DNA of 64,000 nt from Candidatus Eiseniibacteriota bacterium (lineage in GTDB: Bacteria > Eisenbacteria > RBG-16-71-46): contig JBGAML010000001.1 in NCBI GenBank assembly GCA_044223005.1, forward strand, positions 128,001 through 192,000, given 5' to 3'. The translations under genes and the position numbers were made by a program. The notes under the pieces are model-generated. The model ran no database searches. It had not been told where the DNA came from and saw only the letters and a list, made by a program, of their open reading frames with translations. Positions 10,206 to 18,097 of the stretch are shown piece after piece (positions within the stretch are counted from its first letter, which is position 1; each line of letters begins with the position of its first letter).

Positions 10206-10913
10206 ATGAGCAGCTACTTCACCGCCGACTCGCTGCGGTTCCTGCGGGGCCTGGCGCGCAACAACAAGAAGACCTGGTTCGAGGCGCACCGGACCGAGTA
10301 CGAGCAGCACGTCAAGCAGCCGATGATCGAGCTCGTCGAGGAACTCGTCGTGCGCCTCTCGCACGTGGCGCCCGAGATGACCGGCGACCCCAAGCGCTCG
10401 ATCTTCCGCATCTACCGCGACGTGCGCTTCTCCAGCGACAAGTCGCCGTACAAGACGCACGCGGCGTGCTGGTTCTACCACTCCGCGGCTTCGTCCAAGG
10501 TGGGCCGCGAAGCGGACGGCGGCGGTGCCGGGCTCTACTTCCACCTGCAGCCGGGCGCCTCGTTCGTGGGCGGCGGCTGCTGGATGCCGCCGCGGCCGGC
10601 CCTCAAGCGCTTCCGCGACGCGATCGTCGCCGACACGCGGAGCTTCGAGCGCATCGTGCTCGCACCCGCGCTCAAGAAGCGCATGGGCAAGCTGAGCGAG
10701 GACAGCATGCTCACGCGCGTGCCACGCGGCTTCGACCCGGAGCACCCGTCGGCACCGTGGCTGCGCTACCAGTCGTTCACGGTCGGCCGCGCGCTCACCG
10801 ACGCGCAGGTGACGAGCGCGCGGCTCACCGCCACGTTGATCGAGGACTTCGGGCGCATCATGCCACTCGTGCGCTGGCTCAACGGCACGCTCGGGTTCGA
10901 AGCGGGCGACTGA
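10206..10913 (+). CDS. DUF2461 (TIGR02453) family protein
   Basis: FLRGLARNNKKTWFEAHR...IFRIYRDVRFSSDKSPYKT family signature. Confidence 0.9.
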   Translation: MSSYFTADSLRFLRGLARNNKKTWFEAHRTEYEQHVKQPMIELVEELVVRLSHVAPEMTGDPKRSIFRIYRDVRFSSDKSPYKTHAACWFYHSAASSKVGREADGGGAGLYFHLQPGASFVGGGCWMPPRPALKRFRDAIVADTRSFERIVLAPALKKRMGKLSEDSMLTRVPRGFDPEHPSAPWLRYQSFTVGRALTDAQVTSARLTATLIEDFGRIMPLVRWLNGTLGFEAGD

Positions 10914-10974
10914 AACGTCGCGGCGTGCGCCGCGCACGCCGCGAATCACCACCCTCCCCCGGATCGGATGAGCG

Positions 10975-11232
10975 ATGTTCTCGCCCATGCACCTGTTCGG
11001 CCTGTTGCCGGGGCGCATCCAGTACGTGATCTGGATGACGGCGTTCGCGATCATGGCCGCGCTCGGCGTCCTGGGCGTGGTGCGCCTCGCGAGCGCCGGC
11101 GAGTGGGGCTACGCGATCGTACCTGCCCTGATGCTCGCGTTCGCGCTCTGGGCCATGTCCCGCGTGCGCGCGCTCGTGCGCACCGAGCAGGCCGCGCGCG
11201 CCTCCGGAGATCGCCCGGATCCGATCGAGTGA
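10975..11232 (+). CDS. small membrane hypothetical protein
   Basis: 85 aa, two hydrophobic helices, normal codon bias. Confidence 0.65.
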   Translation: MFSPMHLFGLLPGRIQYVIWMTAFAIMAALGVLGVVRLASAGEWGYAIVPALMLAFALWAMSRVRALVRTEQAARASGDRPDPIE

Positions 11233-11335
11233 GAGACGCGCGACGCCGGTCAGCGGCGTATCACGAGGTGGGAAGTTGAACGCGAAGGACAAGCGCACCG
11301 GGGTCGGGCGGGCAACGCAAGGAGACCAGAGCTCG

Positions 11336-11839
11336 ATGGCCAAAACGATATCGCCGACCGCCCTCACGCTTGCGATACCCGTGATCGTGATGTGTGTTGC
11401 GCTGGCGTCGGCACGGGCGCAGGCTCCCGACAGTCGTCGCATGGCACCGGGGCGCTTCCTGAGTGTCATGGTGAGCAGCAACGACGACCTCACCGTCGTC
11501 GACCCGCTTGGCCGGACTGTGCGAGCCGGTTCCGGTGTGCCTGATTCGCTGTGGCGTTCGGAGTTCGAGGCAAACTGCTCCGTGTTGCCCGAAGGCGTCT
11601 CGGTGCTCGTGACCGACCCGTCATCGGGGAGATGGCACGTCTATGCAGCGGTCGAGTCAGCGGGTGCGACCGCGCAATTGACCGTCGGGTACTGGCAGGT
11701 CGGTGTAGTCCGTAGCGAGGTGAAGCAGGTTCCTTCGAGGGCGTACGCGCACTGGGCCCTGACTCTCCGACCTCCAGGAGCGCGTGCGCCCGGTCTTCTG
11801 CGCGTGTCGGAGCACGGGACCGCGAGGAAGATCCACTGA
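11336..11839 (+). CDS. putative secreted hypothetical protein with atypical codon usage
   Basis: AAGGAG upstream; signal-peptide-like N-terminus ending ARA-Q; LTVVDPLGR motif; lower GC. Confidence 0.6.
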   Translation: MAKTISPTALTLAIPVIVMCVALASARAQAPDSRRMAPGRFLSVMVSSNDDLTVVDPLGRTVRAGSGVPDSLWRSEFEANCSVLPEGVSVLVTDPSSGRWHVYAAVESAGATAQLTVGYWQVGVVRSEVKQVPSRAYAHWALTLRPPGARAPGLLRVSEHGTARKIH

Positions 11840-11888
11840 TCCGGGAATCACCGGCACGCCCCGCGCCTGGGGATACGAGGAGTGCAAG

Positions 11889-12113
11889 ATGAATGGCCAG
11901 CCGAAGCCCCGCGATCCCGACGAGCTCTCCGTTTCGGAGAAGATCATCCGCGTTCAGGACCTGTGGGACGACATCGCGCGATCGCCCCGTGACGTCGAGA
12001 TCACGCCGGCGCAGCGCGAGGAAGCCGAGCGCCGCTTGCTCGCCCACGAGAACCATCCGCAGGAGTGTTCTTCGTGGGAAGCGATCCAGCGCCGGCTGGA
12101 AGGCGAGCGGTGA
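11889..12113 (+). CDS. addiction-module antitoxin (TIGR02574-type)
   Basis: LSVSEKIIRVQDLWDDI...ITPAQREEAERRL...SWEAIQRRL pattern; GAGGAG SD; overlaps the toxin. Confidence 0.85.
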   Translation: MNGQPKPRDPDELSVSEKIIRVQDLWDDIARSPRDVEITPAQREEAERRLLAHENHPQECSSWEAIQRRLEGER

Positions 12114-12442
12114 GGCGCCCGGTTCATCTGCTGCCCGAAGCGGAACGAGAACTGGAAGATGCGTTCAGGTGGTATGAACGCCAACGGAAGGGGCTCGGTC
12201 TCGAGTTCCTGCTCGCATTCGACGCAGTGGTCGAGAACCTGCGGCGCCTTCCCGAGGGACACGAACTCGTCGCACTCCGGACACGCAAGGTACTCTTGCG
12301 GCGTTTCCCCTATCTCGTGCTGTACGCGGTGGAGGCCGACCGCATCCTGGTCACGGCGGTCTTCCACGGCCGGCGCGATCCTCGGCGTCGATCGGATCGC
12401 GTTCGCGAGGCCGCTCCCGACATGGCACGCGCCTCCGCGTGA
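12110..12442 (+). CDS. RelE/ParE family type II toxin
   Basis: PEAERELEDAFRWYERQRKGLG.EF...LLRRFPY.VLY...AVFHGRRDP; GTGA overlap with the antitoxin. Confidence 0.88.
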   Translation: MRRPVHLLPEAERELEDAFRWYERQRKGLGLEFLLAFDAVVENLRRLPEGHELVALRTRKVLLRRFPYLVLYAVEADRILVTAVFHGRRDPRRRSDRVREAAPDMARASA

Positions 12443-12568
12443 CGTCTTCATGCGGCGGGTCGTCCGCCGCACGTTCTCCAGTCGTGCCGCGATATCGCGG
12501 CCGCGACGCCATCCCCCAAGGCACTCCGTCGGACCCGTCCCGAACCACGATCGACTCTCCAATCGTGC

Positions 12569-12597
12569 TTGCCTGCTGCACATTTGTGCAGTAGCCT
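12569..12597 (+). promoter_or_regulatory. promoter TTGCCT-17-TAGCCT containing palindromic operator CTGCACATTTGTGCAG (copy 2), upstream of dinB
   Basis: Palindrome at 12576-12591 fills the -35/-10 spacer, about 45 bp before the dinB ATG. Confidence 0.82.
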
Positions 12598-12639
12598 GAA
12601 GGCACATCGAATCGCCTCCCACCCGCGGAAGACGCCCCC

Positions 12640-13845
12640 ATGTCCCGCACCGTGCTGCACGTCGACATCGACGCGTTCTTCGCCTCCATCGAGCAGCAGC
12701 GCACGCCCGCGCTGCGCGGCAAGCCGGTGATCGTGGGGGCGGGCGTGATCGCGTCGTGTTCGTACGAGGCGCGCCGCCACGGGCTGCACGCGGGCATGAC
12801 GCTCACCGAGGCGAAGCGTCTCTGCCCCGACGCGGTGATCGTCGAGGGGCACGCGCAGGTCTATCGCTGCTTCGCCGAGCGCATCTTCGACCGCTGCCGC
12901 GAGCTCTCGCCCGACGTCGAGACGTACCTCGACGAAGCCTATGTCGAGCTCACGGGCACCGAGCGCGTGCACGGCGACTTCCGCGACGCGGGCTCGCGGC
13001 TGCGCGCGGCGATCCTCGCCGATACGGGCCTCACGGTGACGTGCGGCATCGCGCCCAACCGCATGCTCGCCAAGCTCGTCGGCAAGACGGTCAAACCCGA
13101 CGGCCTGGCGTCGCTCGCCGAGGAGGACGCGGACGCGTTCCTGGTCGACCGTCCGATCGAGCAGCTCGCGGGCGTGGGGCGCGCGCACGCCAGGACGCTG
13201 CGCTCGATGAACGTGGGCACGATCGGGGCGCTGCGTGCGTTCCCCGCGCCGGCGCTCGAGGCGCTCTTCGGCGCGCCGGGGCGGCTGCTGTTCGAGCGCT
13301 GCCGCGGCCGCGACACGGCGCCGGTCACGGCGCGCGAGATCCCGGTCACGCTCTCGCGCGAGACGTCGTTCCACCGCGACACGGGCGACCTCGCCGAGAT
13401 CGACGGCATGCTCGAGTACCTGGTCGGCCGCGCGTGTCGCGCCGTGCGCGAGCTGGACCTGGCGGCACGCACGGTGGCGGTGCGGCTGCGCTACTCGGAC
13501 GGCGAGGGCGCCGAGCAGGCGCGTTCGCTCCGCAGCCCCAGCGCGGTGGATCCGGTGGTGCTGGCGCTCGCGCTCGAGCTGCGCGCGCGGCTCTTCACGC
13601 GCCGCGTCTCGCTGCACGCGATCGGCGTCACGCTGTCGGGCTTCGCGCGCGACGCGGCCGAGCAGGGCGCGCTCTTCGACGAGGTGGAGGCGGGCCGTCG
13701 CGCGGCGCTCTGCGAGGCGCTGGACGACGTGCGCGGCAACTTCGGCCACGGCGTCGTGGTCTCGGGCCGCGCGCTCCACCTGAAGGGCCGCGTCGCGCAG
13801 GACCGCCACGGGTTCGTGCTGCGCACGCCGTCGCTCACCAAGTGA
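12640..13845 (+). CDS. dinB: Y-family DNA polymerase IV-like protein
   Basis: LHVDIDAFFASIE, SCSYEAR..G...GM, YLDEAY catalytic motifs; QGALF clamp-binding-like motif. Confidence 0.93.
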   Translation: MSRTVLHVDIDAFFASIEQQRTPALRGKPVIVGAGVIASCSYEARRHGLHAGMTLTEAKRLCPDAVIVEGHAQVYRCFAERIFDRCRELSPDVETYLDEAYVELTGTERVHGDFRDAGSRLRAAILADTGLTVTCGIAPNRMLAKLVGKTVKPDGLASLAEEDADAFLVDRPIEQLAGVGRAHARTLRSMNVGTIGALRAFPAPALEALFGAPGRLLFERCRGRDTAPVTAREIPVTLSRETSFHRDTGDLAEIDGMLEYLVGRACRAVRELDLAARTVAVRLRYSDGEGAEQARSLRSPSAVDPVVLALALELRARLFTRRVSLHAIGVTLSGFARDAAEQGALFDEVEAGRRAALCEALDDVRGNFGHGVVVSGRALHLKGRVAQDRHGFVLRTPSLTK

Positions 13846-13861
13846 TCCGGAGGACCATCCC

Positions 13862-14428
13862 GTGACGCCCCGACGACTCGAGCTCCCTCCCCTGCCCGTG
13901 CCGGGCGCCCCGCGCGTCCTGCTGCTCACCGGCACCTGCGGCAGCGGCAAATCCACCATCGCGGAAATCCTCGGCGCGCGCCCGGGCTGGGCACACGTCT
14001 CCGAGGACACGATCTGGGCGTCGTGCATCGGGCGCGACCGCGGCGCGTTCGGGAGCCCGGAGCACCGGGCGAAGCGCCGGCTGGTGCACGCCATCGCGTT
14101 CGCCGCGATCCGCGCGGCGATCGCCTGCCGCGGCCGCGTGGTGCTGGACGCCACGGTGCACGAATCGCCACCCGAATCGTACGAGGAGTACCGCGCGTTC
14201 TTCCGCCGCGAGGAGATCCCGTGGGCGCTGCGCGTGCTGCACCCGGACCTGGACGTGGCGGTGGCGCGCGACGCGGCGCGCGACGGCTGGCGCGCGGGCC
14301 GCGAGCGCGTCGCGAACCTGCGCGAGAAGTTCACGGCCCACGCGTTCCCGCCCGCCTGGTACCTCGACACGTCGCGCGACACGCCACAGGACACGGTGCG
14401 CCGGCTCGTCGACTGCGGCCTGGCCTGA
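13862..14428 (+). CDS. P-loop (AAA_33-like) small-molecule or nucleotide kinase
   Basis: LLLTGTCGSGKSTIA Walker A, VVLDAT, R.AAR lid; GGAGG SD with GTG start. Confidence 0.8.
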   Translation: MTPRRLELPPLPVPGAPRVLLLTGTCGSGKSTIAEILGARPGWAHVSEDTIWASCIGRDRGAFGSPEHRAKRRLVHAIAFAAIRAAIACRGRVVLDATVHESPPESYEEYRAFFRREEIPWALRVLHPDLDVAVARDAARDGWRAGRERVANLREKFTAHAFPPAWYLDTSRDTPQDTVRRLVDCGLA

Positions 14429-14453
14429 ACGGCTCGCCCGCCCCGGAGCGACC

Positions 14454-17400
14454 ATGACCTTCACGCCCCTGCGCGTCCGCTCGCACGGCTCGCTGCTCGC
14501 GGGCGTCGCGAGCCCGGAGCAGCTCGTGGACCGCGCACTGGAGCTGGGACACGACGCGCTCGCGCTCACCGATCGCGACAACCTCTACCTCGCCGTGCGC
14601 TTCCTGCAGGCGTGCGCGAAGGCGCCGCTGCGCGCGCTGCCGGGCGCGGAGCTCACGCACGAGCGCTCGGCGGCGCTGCTGCTCGCGGCGGACCGGCGAG
14701 GCTGGGCGAACCTCTGCGCGCTGCTCACCGCGCGCCGGCTGGATCCCGCGTTCGACCTCGTGCGCGCGCTCGGCGAGCGCGCGGCGGGGCTGCAGGTGAT
14801 CGTGGAATCGCCCACGCTCGCGGCGGCACTGCTCGCGGCGGGCGTGCCGCCCGCGGTGCGCGCCGACGACGAACGCGCGAAGCCGCTCGCGCGCCGCGCG
14901 GGCCTCTGGCTCGGCGTGCGCGGGCTGCCGTTCGAGCGGGCGCGGCTGCGCGCGAAGCTCGCCGAGGGCTGGCGGCTGGGCGTGCCGGCGGTGGCGACGG
15001 GTGACGTGATGCTGCGCGATCCCGGCGACCACGAGGCGCACCGCGTCGCGGTGACGGCGGCGGCGGGCGAGCTGCTGGAGCGCATGCCGCCGTCCGCGTT
15101 CTGCGCGCGCGAGGCGTGGCTCGCCTCGCCCGCCGAATGGGAACGGCGGATCCGCGCCGTGTGCGGCGGCGCGGGTTGCGCCGAGGCGGCCGACGAGCTG
15201 CTCGCGAACAACGCGGCGCTCGTGCGCCGCTGCCGCTGCGAGATCGAGACGGGCACGCCGATCTTCCCGCGCGCGCCGCTGCCCGAGGGCGTCACCGCCG
15301 AGGGCCGGCTGCGCGCGCTGGCGCTCGCGGGCGTGCCGCGCCGCTACCCGGCGCCGGCGGCGCGGCGTGCGGCGCTCGCGCGGCTGGACGAGGAACTGTC
15401 GCTCATCGCGCACATGGGCTTCACCGACTACTTCCTGCTGGTCGCGGACATCGTCGGTTTCGCGCACGCGCGCGGCATCCCGAGCGTGGGCCGCGGCTCG
15501 GGCGCGAGCTCGATCGTGTCGTACCTGCTGGGCGTCACCAGCGTGGACCCGATCCGCTACGGGCTCTGCTTCGAGCGCTTCCTGCACCCGCAGCGGCGCG
15601 ATTGTCCGGACCTGGACGTGGACCTGTGCTGGCAGCGCCGCGACGAGGTGATCGCGCACGTCTACGCGGCCTACGGCGGCCCGGACCCCGAGCGCTCGCC
15701 GCGCGTGGCGATGATCTCGACACACGCGACGCTGGGCCCGCGCTCGGCGTTCCGCGAGGCGGCCAAGGCGCTGGGCGTGCCGCTGCCGCGCGTGAACGCG
15801 CTGGCCCGCCGCGTGCCGCGCGGCGAACTCCCGGACGCCTCCGCGCTGGAAAGAACGCTGCACGCGGGCGGCGCGGACGAGTTCCGCGAGCCGCGCATCG
15901 CCGAGGCGTTGCGCCTGGCGGCGAAGCTCGCGGGCGCGCCGCGCCACCTGTCGATCCACTGCGGCGGCCTGGTGATCGGCGATCGCGAGCTCACGCACTA
16001 CCTGCCGCTGGAGCGCGCGGCGAAGGGCGTGATCGTGTCGCAGTTCGAGATGCGCGCGGTGGAGGCGATCGGGCTCGTGAAGATGGACCTGCTCGGCAAC
16101 CGCGCGATCACGACGATCGGCGAATGCGTGGCCCTGGCGAGCGCGTGCGGGGCGGGCGAGAACGCGGCGTCGGGCGCATGCGCCGGGTCGTCGATTGGCC
16201 GCGCGGTGTCTCACCCGATCGTCGAGGCAGCGCTTGGCCGGTCACGGTACCCGGTTGGCCAGGAGTCCCGGGTGCTGCACTCTCACAGGGAGGAGTCGCG
16301 AAGTGAGCGGGAGCCATGGATGGCGGAGCGAACGGAGCGCCTAGCGGAGCGAGGGCAGGATGCCCGAGTGCAGCGTCCTCCCTGTGAGAGTGCAGCACCC
16401 GGGGCGACGCCTCCACGATCGGGTGAGACCGAGAGTTCACCGGCGACGATTCACCCGACGACCGGCGACCCGCTCGCAGCGACGCCCCCCACCCTCGATC
16501 CCGAACTCGTGCCCGAGGACGATCCGGCGACCGCGGCGGCCGTCGCGAGCGGGGACACGCTCAACTGCTTCCAGCTCGAGTCGCCCGCCATGCGCCACCT
16601 GTTGCGCATGCTGCGGGCGCGCACGCTCGACGACACCGTCGCGGCGGTCGCGCTCGTGCGGCCCGGGCCCGCGGAGTCCGGCATGAAGGAGGCGTTCTGC
16701 CGGCGCGCGCGCGGGCTCGAACCGATCGCGTACCCGCACCCGCGACTGCGCGAGACGCTCGCCGAGACGCACGGCGTGATGCTCTACGAGGAGGACGTCA
16801 TGCGTGTCGCGTCCGCGCTCTGCGGACTGCCGCTCGCCGAGGGCGAGACGCTGCGCCGCGCGATCGCCGGCGCGCGGAGCGACGAGGAGTTCCGCTTCCT
16901 CGAGCGCGGCTTCCTCGCGCAGGCCGCGCGCGCCGGCGTCGCGCCCGAACCCGCGCAGGCCGTCTGGCGCGAGCTCGCGCGCTTCGCGGGCTACGCGTTC
17001 TGCAAGGCGCACGCGGCGGGCTACGGGCGGCTCGGCTGGCAGAGCACGTACTTCAAGACGCACTTCCCCGCCGCGTGGGCCGTGGGCGTGCTGCACCACC
17101 ACGCCGGCATGTACCCGACCTGGGTGCACGTCGAGGACCTGCGCCGTCACGGCGTCAGGTTCCTCGCGCCCTGCGTGCAGCGCTCGGGCTGGACCAGCGC
17201 GCTCGTGCCGGCGTCGCCCGGCGCCGCGCCGCTCGCGGGGCGTGGCGGCACCGTGCGCGTGGGTCTGCACCGCGTGACGGCGCTCGCGCACGCGACCGGC
17301 GAACGCATCGTCGCCGCGCGCGCGGCGCGGCCATTCGCGAACCTCGCCGACTTCGCCGACCGCGCGCGGCCCACGCCGCCCGAGCTCGAGACGCTCGTCC

Positions 17401-18089
17401 TGGCCGGCGCGCTCGACTGGACCGGCCGCTCGCGCGCGGCGCTCCTGCTCGAGGCGCGCATCGGCGCGGCGCTCGCCGCCCACGCGCCCGCGCGGCGGAA
17501 CGCGGCGGCGGAAGCCTCGCTCGTCGCGCCCGACGGCGCGCCGCTCGCGCCCCCGGCCGCCGCGCCGCGGCCGGGTGGCGAAACGCTGCCCGAACTGCCC
17601 GAGCTCTCACTCGCGGCACGCGTGCGCGGCGAGTTCGCGGCGACGGGGCTCTGGTTCGCGGCCCACCCGCTCGCCGCGTTCGGCGCGGCCGGCGCGCGGC
17701 GCGGCACGGTGCCGGCGGCGGAACTGGGCCGCCACGTCGGACGCCGCGTCGCGATCTGCGGCATTCCGTGCGCCTCGCGCCGCACCGAGGCGAAGTCGGG
17801 CGGGTTCGTGCTCTTCACGACGCTCGCCGACGAGACCGGGCTCGCCGAGTGCGTGCTGTTCCCGCGCGACTACCCGCGCCTGGGCGCCGCCCTGCGCGGC
17901 GAGATCGTGCGCGCGGAAGGCCGCGTGGACGACTCGCTCGGCGCGCTCACGCTCGTGGTCGAACGCGCGAGCGCCGCGGGCGCGGCGCCGAGCGGCACCG
18001 AGAGCGCGCCGTCACGCAACCGCGCCGACTCCCCCGCCGCACGCGCCGGCGAGACCGGCCCGCCCTCGCGCTACCGCGCGGCGGGGTGA
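14454..18089 (+). CDS. dnaE2: error-prone DNA polymerase III alpha subunit (DnaE2-type) with an in-frame insertion
   Basis: Degenerate PHP domain, GRGSGASS, FERFLHPQR.DCPDLDVD, KMDLLG, FQLESP, YAFCKAHA, C-terminal OB (FTTLADETG); operonic with dinB. Confidence 0.9.
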   Translation: MTFTPLRVRSHGSLLAGVASPEQLVDRALELGHDALALTDRDNLYLAVRFLQACAKAPLRALPGAELTHERSAALLLAADRRGWANLCALLTARRLDPAFDLVRALGERAAGLQVIVESPTLAAALLAAGVPPAVRADDERAKPLARRAGLWLGVRGLPFERARLRAKLAEGWRLGVPAVATGDVMLRDPGDHEAHRVAVTAAAGELLERMPPSAFCAREAWLASPAEWERRIRAVCGGAGCAEAADELLANNAALVRRCRCEIETGTPIFPRAPLPEGVTAEGRLRALALAGVPRRYPAPAARRAALARLDEELSLIAHMGFTDYFLLVADIVGFAHARGIPSVGRGSGASSIVSYLLGVTSVDPIRYGLCFERFLHPQRRDCPDLDVDLCWQRRDEVIAHVYAAYGGPDPERSPRVAMISTHATLGPRSAFREAAKALGVPLPRVNALARRVPRGELPDASALERTLHAGGADEFREPRIAEALRLAAKLAGAPRHLSIHCGGLVIGDRELTHYLPLERAAKGVIVSQFEMRAVEAIGLVKMDLLGNRAITTIGECVALASACGAGENAASGACAGSSIGRAVSHPIVEAALGRSRYPVGQESRVLHSHREESRSEREPWMAERTERLAERGQDARVQRPPCESAAPGATPPRSGETESSPATIHPTTGDPLAATPPTLDPELVPEDDPATAAAVASGDTLNCFQLESPAMRHLLRMLRARTLDDTVAAVALVRPGPAESGMKEAFCRRARGLEPIAYPHPRLRETLAETHGVMLYEEDVMRVASALCGLPLAEGETLRRAIAGARSDEEFRFLERGFLAQAARAGVAPEPAQAVWRELARFAGYAFCKAHAAGYGRLGWQSTYFKTHFPAAWAVGVLHHHAGMYPTWVHVEDLRRHGVRFLAPCVQRSGWTSALVPASPGAAPLAGRGGTVRVGLHRVTALAHATGERIVAARAARPFANLADFADRARPTPPELETLVLAGALDWTGRSRAALLLEARIGAALAAHAPARRNAAAEASLVAPDGAPLAPPAAAPRPGGETLPELPELSLAARVRGEFAATGLWFAAHPLAAFGAAGARRGTVPAAELGRHVGRRVAICGIPCASRRTEAKSGGFVLFTTLADETGLAECVLFPRDYPRLGAALRGEIVRAEGRVDDSLGALTLVVERASAAGAAPSGTESAPSRNRADSPAARAGETGPPSRYRAAG
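16208..16429. repeat. nested palindromic (MITE/REP-like) element inside dnaE2
   Basis: Outer inverted repeat 16208-16228/16409-16429 (20/21), perfect inner inverted repeat 16267-16294/16376-16403 (28 bp); length 222 bp = 74 codons. Confidence 0.85.
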
Positions 18090-18097
18090 GCGCCGCG

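Noticed and set aside
12451..12501. Short palindromes after the toxin gene as a separate element
   Set aside because: Short GC-rich hairpins, consistent with a terminator or chance; not repeated elsewhere in the window.
12640..13845. Calling the Y-family gene imuB
   Set aside because: Catalytic acidic residues are intact and the ImuB C-terminal domain is not fused.
16140..16500. Intein in DnaE2
   Set aside because: The insert lacks the intein C-terminal His-Asn followed by Cys/Ser/Thr and any block A/B or endonuclease motifs; DNA palindromy explains it better.
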